A stretch of DNA of 64,000 nucleotides from a candidate division FCPU426 bacterium (GCA_040756875.1 JBFLYH010000001.1:32001-96000); one strand, 5' to 3'. Shown: positions 53,300-61,970, counted from the first letter of the stretch. Notes: generated by a model not told the origin, from the sequence alone. Numbers and translations are program-made.

Positions 53300-53953
53300 A
53301 TGGAAAAAAGAGGGAGGGATCTTTTCGTGACCCGCTTGCCGGTGTTCCTCGTTTTTGTTTTGGCTCTAAGCGTCGCCGGATTCGCGGCCCAACAGGAAAA
53401 ATTCGGCGGCCTGGGTCTTGCCGTGGCCCAACTCTATACGCCGGAGACTCCGGATCATCAGGGCCCGATCGTGGTCCTGAATGTATTGCCCGGTACGCCG
53501 GCCAAAGCCGCCGGCATCGAACCGGGCGACGTCATCACCCACGTGGACGGCGATCCGGTCGAAGGCAAGGAGTTCCGCACCATTGTATTGAACATGTTGC
53601 GCGGGGAAGTGGGCAGCTCAGCCCGACTGACCGTGAAGCGGGGCAGCGAAGGGGAGAAAGGCCAAGGCAGGTCCGTGGAGGTGAAGCGCGTGGAGATCAA
53701 AGGGTCAACCGGCGCCGCGCCGGGCGGCAGCATGCATCATTACCAGATCAACGGCAAACCGGTGTCGTACAAGGAATATCAGGAGTTCCTGCAGACCCTG
53801 ACCGGCCAGGAACACTGGAGCTGCGCCGAAACCAATGACGGCGGCATCACCAGCTGGGAAGCCAAGGATGCCAAAGGCCGGCGCTACGAAGTCCGCGCGG
53901 TCTCCGGCGGGGACAATACCAGCACGATCACGCTGCTGGACCTAGGCGAGTAG
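53300..53953 (+). CDS. Secreted PDZ-domain protein with unknown C-terminal domain
   Basis: Signal peptide; FGGLGL...V.PGTPAKAAGIEPGDVITHVDG...LRGEVGS...LTVKR. Confidence 0.8.
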   Translation: MEKRGRDLFVTRLPVFLVFVLALSVAGFAAQQEKFGGLGLAVAQLYTPETPDHQGPIVVLNVLPGTPAKAAGIEPGDVITHVDGDPVEGKEFRTIVLNMLRGEVGSSARLTVKRGSEGEKGQGRSVEVKRVEIKGSTGAAPGGSMHHYQINGKPVSYKEYQEFLQTLTGQEHWSCAETNDGGITSWEAKDAKGRRYEVRAVSGGDNTSTITLLDLGE

Positions 53954-53970
53954 GGGAGCGCCGCGCGCTC

Positions 53971-54876
53971 CTATTTCACCACGCTGACCTTGAGCGTGGC
54001 CTGCAGGTTGCCCTCGAACAAGACCCGGGCGAAGTAAAGGCCGGGCGCCGCATCCGCACAATCCCACCTCAACAGCAGGCCGCGTCCGGCTGGAAGCGAT
54101 TCTTCCAGGCGCGCCACCCGTTCCCCTGAAGCATTGTAGATCGCGATGGTTACGCGCGCCGGCCGTTCCAGGTGCAGCGCAAAGCGCATTTCGCGGGCCG
54201 CGGGGTTGGGATAGGCTAAAACGATTCTGCCGCCCAGGTCCAGGTCCTGCAGCGGATTCGCGGTTGTGGCGGTCGGGGTGGCCGTGTCCGCGGGCGTGGG
54301 CGAGCGGGTCGGCGTGGGGCTGGCGGTGAAGGTGGGGGAGACGGTGGCCGAGGCGGTGGCCGTACCAGTGACCGTGCCTGTGGGCGAATGGGTGGCTGTC
54401 AGCGTGGCCGTGGCGGTCGCGGTGGCCGTGGGCGTGGACGTGGCAGTCAGGGTGATGGTGGCGGTCACGGTCTGCGTGTCCGCCGGCGTGCCCGTGGACG
54501 TGGGAGAGGCCGAGAGGGTGGGCGTCGCGGTCAAGGTGGGCGAGGCGGTGAAGGTTTCGCTTTCAGTCGGCGTCGGGGAAAGCGTCGGCGTGATGGACGG
54601 CGTCGGGGTCGGCGTTGACGTGGGATTGAGCAGGGCGGCGTGCAGGAAGCCCGCATACACGATATAGTTGGCCGAAGCGGCCGTGTCGATTCCGACCTGG
54701 CCGATGGCGGAGAGCGCGGTATAATTCGCCGAATTCGCGGTGTTGCCCCCGGAATCCTGGACATCGTCCACGCCGATATAATTGCCCGAGGCAAAGCCGC
54801 TGTGCGCCCAGGCTGCCGACAGGCCGAGAGGCGCAGCCAGCAGCAAACCGATCGCCGTTTTCAGGATGCGGTTCAT
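53971..54876 (-). CDS. Secreted protein with short N-terminal domain, Thr/Pro stalk and C-terminal sorting-like domain
   Basis: Signal peptide MNRILK...AWA; SANY repeats; (T-x)n tract; LAYPNPA...WDC..AAPGLY...KVSVVK. Confidence 0.85.
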   Translation of the reverse strand: MNRILKTAIGLLLAAPLGLSAAWAHSGFASGNYIGVDDVQDSGGNTANSANYTALSAIGQVGIDTAASANYIVYAGFLHAALLNPTSTPTPTPSITPTLSPTPTESETFTASPTLTATPTLSASPTSTGTPADTQTVTATITLTATSTPTATATATATLTATHSPTGTVTGTATASATVSPTFTASPTPTRSPTPADTATPTATTANPLQDLDLGGRIVLAYPNPAAREMRFALHLERPARVTIAIYNASGERVARLEESLPAGRGLLLRWDCADAAPGLYFARVLFEGNLQATLKVSVVK

Positions 54877-54898
54877 GGCCAGTCCCCGGGTCATCGAA

Positions 54899-56152
54899 CT
54901 AAAAAGCCGCCATTTGGGCGCCCGAACTGTCCTGATTGCAGATTCCGTCGGGTGTAAACGGGTTGACCGGCAACGCGCCGGTGGCCAAATTGATGATATC
55001 CCTGCTGGCCGCGCCGCCGTAGAACGCGTTGTAACTGATCCGGCCCGTGCCGCCATTGGTCAGCCCAACGGCGTAGGAACCGGTCGGAGTTCCGGTGGTG
55101 ATGTACAGGATGGTGTTTTCCAGAATGCACAATTGCGCAGCCGCGTTGCTGTTGTCGGTGATGCCCGCGCAGCCCGAATTCGAGGCGTTGGTCATGTCGA
55201 TGACGCAATTTTCCACCCGCACATCCGTGGACTGCTGCACCAGCACCGCCCAGCCCGGCGTGAAGCCGATGCACAGGAGGGAGGAGTCCACCACTTCGCA
55301 GTGCTGGGCGCCGGTCAGCCGCAAAGCCAGGGTGCAACTGCTGGCCTCGAGCTTGCACTCCCGGAGCGTGCAGTAAGCCCCGCTTTGCACGTCCACCGCC
55401 GGGTTGGCGCTGTCGCACTGGATCAGCAAGGATTCCAGGGCCGTGCCCTGTTTGGGCGAACCGGATGAACTCATCTCGATGGAATTGACGGCCAGCTTCG
55501 TGGCGTTCCAGCCTTGGCCGCGTATGGTCACCCAGGACGGCAAGGTCACTCGGCCGTTGAAGGAGGGATAATTCGTGCCGGGTTCGGTGTATTGCCCGGC
55601 TTGCACCTCGATCACCCAGGGCGTGGTGACGGAAGGGGCGGGCGATAGCGCGCCCTGGCTGGAAAAGGCGCCCGCGCCCATGAGCAAGTCGATGGCTCCG
55701 CTCACCGTGCAGGTGTCCCCGCCGTCCGCGGCCACGGTCAACACCTGTTGATACACCACTTTCCTGGAGGCCATGGCGTACGCCGCGTTGCTCAACAAGT
55801 GCCGGGGCGACATCTCGGCCGCCTCGCCCTGCACGCGCAGGGTCAGGTAATACGCCCGGCGGAAGGGCAGGCCGATTTTATTGGAAGTGCCGAGCACCAC
55901 ATTGAAGATGCCGTTGGTCACGGTGACATTGGATTGCAATTCGCTCCACAGCGCCATGCCGCCGCTGGCCGTATCATATATATAGAAGGTGATATTGCGG
56001 GTCCCGTTGATCGGCACCCCGCTGCTGTTGGTCAAATACCCCTGGTAATTCATCCTCTCGGGGATTTGCGTCAGGGCCGATGCGGAGTGAGCCAGCAGGG
56101 CGGCCAGGAAAACCGCCAGGGACGCGACACGCGGATAACGGGTTGCTTTCAT
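54899..56152 (-). CDS. Secreted protein with YQG-type N-terminal domain and beta-helix-like C-terminus
   Basis: Signal peptide; MNYQGYLTNSSGVP..G...ITFYIYD...LWSE...V..GIFNVVLG...YL...V.G...PR..L..AAYA; pectin-lyase-like VAADGGD...EVQAGQY.E; GAGGGG RBS. Confidence 0.75.
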   Translation of the reverse strand: MKATRYPRVASLAVFLAALLAHSASALTQIPERMNYQGYLTNSSGVPINGTRNITFYIYDTASGGMALWSELQSNVTVTNGIFNVVLGTSNKIGLPFRRAYYLTLRVQGEAAEMSPRHLLSNAAYAMASRKVVYQQVLTVAADGGDTCTVSGAIDLLMGAGAFSSQGALSPAPSVTTPWVIEVQAGQYTEPGTNYPSFNGRVTLPSWVTIRGQGWNATKLAVNSIEMSSSGSPKQGTALESLLIQCDSANPAVDVQSGAYCTLRECKLEASSCTLALRLTGAQHCEVVDSSLLCIGFTPGWAVLVQQSTDVRVENCVIDMTNASNSGCAGITDNSNAAAQLCILENTILYITTGTPTGSYAVGLTNGGTGRISYNAFYGGAASRDIINLATGALPVNPFTPDGICNQDSSGAQMAAF

Positions 56153-56265
56153 TTCCCCTCCTTGATCCGAAACGAAGTGCCTGCCACCGCCTCATTATAG
56201 TCCCCCAAGCCGGAGATACAAGCCCAATCCACCCGGCGGGAAGGCGAAATCATGAAAATATCGAA

Positions 56266-56293
56266 TTGACGGAAAACCGAAATAGGCTATGAT
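56266..56293 (+). promoter_or_regulatory. Putative sigma70 promoter of the MFS gene
   Basis: TTGACG-16 nt-TATGAT, ending 8 nt before the ATG at 56302. Confidence 0.55.
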
Positions 56294-56301
56294 TCAACAT
56301 T

Positions 56302-57567
56302 ATGCAGAAACCGGACATGAAACTTCTGGCGAGGAAGCGCTTCCTGCACGTCATCCTGCCGCTGTTCATCGGTTCGGTCATCGCCTATCTGGACCGGGTG
56401 AACATCGCCTACGCGGCGCTGACCATGAACCAGGCCCTGGGATTTTCAGCCGCGGTGTTCGGCATGGGGGCCGGCATTTTCTTCGCGGGGTACGTGCTGT
56501 TCGAAATTCCCGGCGCGCTGATCGCGGAACGCTGGAGCCCGCGGGTGTGGCTGGGGCGCATTCTGGTCACCTGGGGGATCGTCTCGGCCCTCATGGCCTT
56601 TATCCGCACGGACTGGCAGTTCTATCTGGTGCGGTTTCTCCTGGGCGCGGCCGAGGCGAGCTTCTATCCCGTGGCTTATGCCAGCGTGATCCCGCGCTGG
56701 TACACGCCCGAGGAACGGCCGGCGGCCATCGCCCTGATGCTGACCTCGCTCCAGATTTCGGCCATCATCGGCTCGCCGCTGGCAGGCTGGCTGCTCGGCC
56801 TGAATGTCATGGGACTCCAAGGGTGGCAGATCCTTTTCCTGACCGAGGCGGTGCCGGCCTGCCTGTTCGGGATCATTCTGTGGTTCTGGATCACCGACTG
56901 GCCGCAGCAAGCCCGCTGGCTGTCCGAACCCGAGCGGCAATACCTGGCGGACTCCTTCGCCCGGGAAACCGCGGCGAAAAACCAGGCGCGGCATTATACG
57001 GTCTGGGAGGCCCTGAGCAACGGCGAAGTGCTCAAATTGTGCGGGATCTATTTCCTGTGGATCACCGGGTTCTGGGGCTACAATTACTGGCTGCCCACAG
57101 TGCTGAAGGAAGCCTCGGGCTGGTCCGCCCTCGCCATTGGCTGGATCATCGTCATTCCCATGAGCCTGGCGCTTTTGGGCATGCTTTTCGTGGGCTACTC
57201 TTCCTCGCGCACGGGCGAGAAGCGCTGGCACGGCGCCTTGCCCATGTTCCTGGCCGCCCTGGCGTTTTTGGCGGGCACCTGGCTGCAGGTTCCATGGCTG
57301 GGTTTTGTCGCGGTGTGCCTGGCCGGCGTCGGCGTGTACAGCGCCTTTGGAGTGTGGTGGTCCTATCCCACGACTTTCCTGACCGGCGCCGCGGCTGCGG
57401 GCGCCGTGGGACTGATCAATTCCAGCGGCAACGTGGGCGGCTACGTGGGTCCCTATCTGACCGGCCTGGTCAAAACCCTGACCGGCTCCTTTCAATGGGC
57501 GTATGTGTTCCTGGCCGTGTCCCTGGCCCTGGCCGGGCTGCTCATGCTCACCTTGAAAAAACGCTGA
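56302..57567 (+). CDS. MFS transporter, anion:cation symporter (tartrate/carboxylate type)
   Basis: YLDRVNIAYA, GIFFAGYVLFEIPG, RFLLGAAEA, GWQILFLTE, GLINSSGNVGG. Confidence 0.92.
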   Translation: MQKPDMKLLARKRFLHVILPLFIGSVIAYLDRVNIAYAALTMNQALGFSAAVFGMGAGIFFAGYVLFEIPGALIAERWSPRVWLGRILVTWGIVSALMAFIRTDWQFYLVRFLLGAAEASFYPVAYASVIPRWYTPEERPAAIALMLTSLQISAIIGSPLAGWLLGLNVMGLQGWQILFLTEAVPACLFGIILWFWITDWPQQARWLSEPERQYLADSFARETAAKNQARHYTVWEALSNGEVLKLCGIYFLWITGFWGYNYWLPTVLKEASGWSALAIGWIIVIPMSLALLGMLFVGYSSSRTGEKRWHGALPMFLAALAFLAGTWLQVPWLGFVAVCLAGVGVYSAFGVWWSYPTTFLTGAAAAGAVGLINSSGNVGGYVGPYLTGLVKTLTGSFQWAYVFLAVSLALAGLLMLTLKKR

Positions 57568-57577
57568 CCCCGCACCC

Positions 57578-58474
57578 TTAAAAATACCATCGCCCTGCGA
57601 CCGAAAAGAGGTCGTTTTCGCCGGCGCTTGAAAAATACCGCTTCCAATCCAGGCGGAGTTTGAGCGGCGAAAAGAGCCGCGCGGAAAGGCCCAGGCCAAA
57701 ATCACCCACCCGCTCGTCGGGATAAACCTGTTTTTGCTCGCCGTAGCCGGCTTCCAGGCTGAGCGCAAGCGGAAGCGGAAGCGAGAGCGTCACGCCGGCC
57801 TGCCAGTTGTTCCACAGCAAGCCGGACATCAGGGAGGACAGGGCCGAAACGCCTGCGTCCGTTAGGCCGGGATCAGCGGCCAAAGCGGTCTGGACCGGGT
57901 CGTCGGAATAGAAATAACAGGTGCCCGAGAGGCCGGCGCTCAGCCACTCCGGTATCAGCGCATAGTCGACAAACAGCGTGGGCGCCGCCTGGGTCAGCCG
58001 CACGGATTGCGCGGAGGTCGCGGTGCCGCCGGTTTCCGAAGCCGTTGCTTCCAGTTCGGCCCGGTAAAACATCAGCGAGCCGTCGAATCCCAGGGTGAGG
58101 ATTTCTCCGGGGTCCGGGGACGGCCCCAGCCAGGTGTAAAACAGGCTGATTCCCGGCCCCAGGGAGGCGGTGCGGTCGCTGTCCTGGGAATAGGTGAAAC
58201 TTCCGCTGACCAGTAAGGTTTCGGCCGCAAAATGGGCGAGCTCCAGGTACCAAATATCGTACCAGCCGGCTGTTTCGGGCTGGAGAAACTGTGATTTACT
58301 GTACGACAGATAGCCGTTCCAGTTGCCCTCCCGATCCAGGTCGGCGCTGGCGCTGGCTTTGTATCCCCGGTAGTCCTGGCCCCAGGTGAATTTGGTCTCG
58401 GCGGAGTTGCCGGCCATGGCCCGGGAGGCCAAGGCCATGAGCAGCATGAGCAAAGAAAGGGTTCTGGCAGGCAA
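57578..58474 (-). CDS. Hypothetical outer-membrane beta-barrel protein
   Basis: TTG start at 58474 after a GGAGGGA RBS; signal peptide ending AMA; alternating aromatic beta-strands; C-terminal GRWYF. Confidence 0.65.
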   Translation of the reverse strand: MPARTLSLLMLLMALASRAMAGNSAETKFTWGQDYRGYKASASADLDREGNWNGYLSYSKSQFLQPETAGWYDIWYLELAHFAAETLLVSGSFTYSQDSDRTASLGPGISLFYTWLGPSPDPGEILTLGFDGSLMFYRAELEATASETGGTATSAQSVRLTQAAPTLFVDYALIPEWLSAGLSGTCYFYSDDPVQTALAADPGLTDAGVSALSSLMSGLLWNNWQAGVTLSLPLPLALSLEAGYGEQKQVYPDERVGDFGLGLSARLFSPLKLRLDWKRYFSSAGENDLFSVAGRWYF

Positions 58475-58540
58475 AGCGTTGTCCCTCCGGTGTCGGAGGG
58501 AGCGGAGGGAATGCCCGGCCTCCGCTCCCTCCAAGTGGGT

Positions 58541-59071
58541 CTATTTTCTGCCTTTGGAGTTTTCCCCGGCTCCATCGCCGCCGGTTTTCTGCTGGATTTT
58601 TTCCTGGAGCTGCGTGCTGATTCTTTCGCGGGTCCTTTCGCGGGTCATGGTCTTGGCGCCGTCCTTTTGCTCCTGCGTTTGTTCCTTGAGGGCGGTCTTT
58701 TCCCTTATCCGGTCCCGGGTTTGGAGTTGGTTTTGGGTGCCGGACGAATCATCCTCGCCCTCGCCGTCATCCTGGCCGTCCTGGATGCGGGCGCGTTCGC
58801 GGACCTGGTTCTGGACTTGGGCAGCGTCCCCGGTTTCGTTCTGTTCCTGATTTTTCAATTGGGTGCGGGTTTGTTCCTGGGTGCGGGTGCGCACCTGATT
58901 TTGGGTTTGGCCTTGGGCTTGGGTGCGTTCCTGGATTTGATCCTGGGTCTGGTTCTTCATTTTGACCTGCGCGCCCGGGTCCTCGGTTTCCAGGGCCAAA
59001 GCGGGCATGGCCAGCGCCAAACCCAGAGCGCAGCCGAGCGCCATCACCATGGTTGAAATCTTCGTCTGCAT
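58541..59071 (-). CDS. Secreted Gln/Arg/Thr-rich low-complexity protein
   Basis: GAGGTG RBS; signal peptide ending ALA; QNQTQDQIQERTQ / QTRDRIR / TRERTRER alternating pattern. Confidence 0.75.
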   Translation of the reverse strand: MQTKISTMVMALGCALGLALAMPALALETEDPGAQVKMKNQTQDQIQERTQAQGQTQNQVRTRTQEQTRTQLKNQEQNETGDAAQVQNQVRERARIQDGQDDGEGEDDSSGTQNQLQTRDRIREKTALKEQTQEQKDGAKTMTRERTRERISTQLQEKIQQKTGGDGAGENSKGRK

Positions 59072-59367
59072 GATATCACCTCGCAAATGAGAATTGGCAA
59101 AGATGAACTGAAACGTGCGAAAACCGCGACCCCTCCTTTCCTGAGAAATTACCACATTCGCTCCTGCGGACTCGATAGAAATAACACCGCTGGCAGCTGC
59201 AGGTTGCAGAAAAAATGGCGGTAATGGTTCTTGATTAACGCCTGCATTGGGCCATGACCGCTCTCTCCGCATGTCCTGGGAAGGGTTCTTTCTTCAAAAT
59301 TGCCTGCATTTATTAGATCCTCACATTTCCGGGGCATGTATAATAGGAACACCCTTGGGGTCTCATC

Positions 59368-59784
59368 ATGACCAAGAACCGTACCCGAGCCAAACGTAAA
59401 AATGGTGAACCTCCCCCGGCCGTGGCCAAACAGGGCTGGCGGTTCCACCACCTGGGCATACCTTATCGCCGGCCCCGGCCGGGAGAACGGCACATCCCGC
59501 ATCTGAAAATTTTCGTTTCCGGATTTGAAACGAGCCCTTTTGGCGTCGAATGGATTCGGTTTGAGACCAGGTGCCCGCTGCCTGCGCTGATCCGCAAAGT
59601 GCCGCATCTGGCCTTTGTCGTGGATGACCTGAAAAAAGCGTTGCAGGGGAAGCGCGTCGTGGTCCCGCCGAACTCGCCTTCCGACGGGCTCCGGGTGGCC
59701 ATGATCGTGCATGACGGTGCGCCCGTCGAACTGATGGAATTCACCAAGGCGCCCTCGCGGCGCAGACCCAAACGGAAACTCTGA
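59368..59784 (+). CDS. VOC-superfamily-like protein
   Basis: FHHLGIP, VEWIRF, PHLAFVVDDL, GAPVELMEF. Confidence 0.75.
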   Translation: MTKNRTRAKRKNGEPPPAVAKQGWRFHHLGIPYRRPRPGERHIPHLKIFVSGFETSPFGVEWIRFETRCPLPALIRKVPHLAFVVDDLKKALQGKRVVVPPNSPSDGLRVAMIVHDGAPVELMEFTKAPSRRRPKRKL

Positions 59785-59799
59785 TTTCGGGGGACGACT

Positions 59800-60330
59800 A
59801 TGAAAAAGGAAGAACAGTGTTTTGACCGTTATCCGGCCGGGATCGTCGCCGTTTCGGCGGCGCAAGCGCTTCTGATTTACCTGGCCGGCGCAGGGATCAT
59901 GGCCCGCGCCGGGCTGGCGGCGGCAGGAATATATATTGCTTTTTGCCTGTGGTGCGAATACCGGGTTTTAAGCGGGAGTTGTGTCCACTGCGCGTATTAC
60001 GGCAAACCCTGCGCCTTTGGGCGGGGCCTGCTTAGCTCGTGGCTATTCAAACAGGGCGATCCGGCCCGATTCAATGCGCGCCAGATCACCTGGGCAGCCA
60101 TGGTTCCGGATCTGCTGATTTCGCTGGCTCCATTGGCCGTGGGGGTCTTTTTTCTGGTTACGGCCTTTTCCTGGCTCCTGCTGGGTTTGGTGGCCGCGCT
60201 CGTCATTCTGGCTTTTCCGGTCACGGGCCTGATCCGCAGCCAATGGGCCTGCGCCCACTGTAAACAGCGACTGCTCGGTTGCCCGGCGGAAAAACTGTTC
60301 GCCGGGCCGGCCAAGCCGGATGCCTGCTAA
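59800..60330 (+). CDS. Small 4-TM membrane protein with two Cys clusters
   Basis: CVHCAYYGKPC and CAHCKQRLLGC each follow a pair of TM helices. Confidence 0.7.
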   Translation: MKKEEQCFDRYPAGIVAVSAAQALLIYLAGAGIMARAGLAAAGIYIAFCLWCEYRVLSGSCVHCAYYGKPCAFGRGLLSSWLFKQGDPARFNARQITWAAMVPDLLISLAPLAVGVFFLVTAFSWLLLGLVAALVILAFPVTGLIRSQWACAHCKQRLLGCPAEKLFAGPAKPDAC

Positions 60331-60339
60331 AGCGTGAGC

Positions 60340-60867
60340 ATGCCCATAAGCCTGGTTGACATTCAGCCCCCAGACGAAACCCTGCTGGTGGAAATGCTGT
60401 TTCTCGCCCTGCACGTTCCGCCGGGATATCCGCCTTTCAGCCGGGAAATCCTCCGCGAACCGGAGATCGCCCGCTATGCCGCGAAGTGGGGCAGGCCGGG
60501 TGACGAAGGGGTGTTCGCGCGGGAAGGGGATAAAACGCTCGGTGCGGCCTGGATGCGGCTGTGGCCGGAGCCTGCCCAAGCCGGTTACGGATTCATCGCG
60601 CCGGACATTCCCGAACTGAGCATGGCCGTTTTGCCCGAACGCCGCCATCAGGGCATCGGCACTGCCTTGCTCGGCGAAATGATCGCCCGGGCCGGGCTGC
60701 GCCACCCGGCCCTGAGCCTGAGTGTCTCGTCAACCAACCCGGCCGTGCATTTATACCAGCGCTTTGGATTTCAGATTACCGCGAAGACCCCCGACCCGCA
60801 CGGTTTTTCCTACACGATGATCAAAAGGTTTCGTCAGGCGGTTGAGGGAGATGCGAGGGGAAGATAA
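60340..60867 (+). CDS. GNAT N-acetyltransferase
   Basis: GAAWMRL, PELSMAVLPERRHQGIG, LSV...NPAVHLYQRFGF. Confidence 0.9.
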   Translation: MPISLVDIQPPDETLLVEMLFLALHVPPGYPPFSREILREPEIARYAAKWGRPGDEGVFAREGDKTLGAAWMRLWPEPAQAGYGFIAPDIPELSMAVLPERRHQGIGTALLGEMIARAGLRHPALSLSVSSTNPAVHLYQRFGFQITAKTPDPHGFSYTMIKRFRQAVEGDARGR

Positions 60868-61970
60868 AAAGCGAAGCACACGCCGTGCTCCTGCGGCGGC
60901 ACGGGCGAAACCACCTTGAAATATCCCCGGTGCGCCTCCACGGCCAGTTTGCAGAAGGTCAAGCCCAATCCGGTCCCTGAAAACTGGGCGTCTTTTTCCC
61001 TGACCCGGCTGAACATGTCGAAGACCTTCTGCTGGTGGGCCTTGGGGATGGGTTCGCCCCAGTTCGTGACGCTGACGCAGGCCTCCTGGTTTTGGAGTTC
61101 GGCCGCAACGCCGATCTCCGTGTCCGTGGGCGCGTATTTGATGGCGTTGTTCAGGAGGTTGTTGACCACGCGTTCGATGATTTCCGGGTCCAGCTCCAGC
61201 GTGAGCGGGGCCTGGGGCACGTGCACGGCGATTTTCAGGGTCTTGCCGGAAATGGTTTTTTCCATCATGCGCGCGCAATCGGCGATCAGCTGGGAGAGGT
61301 CGGTCGGCCGGGTTTTCAGGGCGAATTCCCGGCTTTGCATGCGGCTGATCATCAGCAACTGCTCGATCATGCCCAGCAGCTTGGTCCCGTGGCGGTCCGC
61401 GCCCAGCAGCATTTCGTGGAGATTGTCCGGCAGGTTGAACTGGTTTTTCCTGAACAACTTCAGCGTTCCCAGGACGGCGGTCAGCGGGTTTTTCATGTCG
61501 TGCACGATCATGTGGGTCAGCGCTTCCTTGGCCTCGTCGAGCGACTTGAGCTGCTCGGTCTGGTCGTTCAATTTTTGGTTGTTCAGGACCAGGCGGGCGT
61601 TCACCATTTCCAGGGCCTGGGTGCGGTCCTTCACTTTCTGCTCCAGGTTTTGGTTCATGAGGATCAGTTCGAGGTTTTTCAGCACGGTTTCCTCGATCAC
61701 TTCGTCGTTTTTCTTTTCGTACGCGGCCAGCTGCAGCTTGAGCTGGTTGATCCGGGCGACGTATTTCTCGACGATATCCTGGAAGGCCCGGCCGGAATCA
61801 ATGTCCCGGATGGCTGAACTGCCCAGGCCGGCCGGCGGATCGGCTTCCTTTTTTTCCGCGGCCGGGGCGCTGGCGGACAAGTCCAGCGAGGTGCAGAGCA
61901 GCTTCTCCAGGCTCGGTTCTTCGGCCGGGTTTCGCAGTTCGGGTACTGGCGCGGAAAAGGGATCGGGCAT
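60834..61970 (-). CDS. Cytoplasmic histidine kinase with coiled-coil N-terminus
   Basis: H-box MIVHDMKNPL, NLLNNAIKY, FDMF, GTGLGLTFCK; no TM or recognisable sensor domain. Confidence 0.9.
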   Translation of the reverse strand: MPDPFSAPVPELRNPAEEPSLEKLLCTSLDLSASAPAAEKKEADPPAGLGSSAIRDIDSGRAFQDIVEKYVARINQLKLQLAAYEKKNDEVIEETVLKNLELILMNQNLEQKVKDRTQALEMVNARLVLNNQKLNDQTEQLKSLDEAKEALTHMIVHDMKNPLTAVLGTLKLFRKNQFNLPDNLHEMLLGADRHGTKLLGMIEQLLMISRMQSREFALKTRPTDLSQLIADCARMMEKTISGKTLKIAVHVPQAPLTLELDPEIIERVVNNLLNNAIKYAPTDTEIGVAAELQNQEACVSVTNWGEPIPKAHQQKVFDMFSRVREKDAQFSGTGLGLTFCKLAVEAHRGYFKVVSPVPPQEHGVCFAFYLPLASPSTA

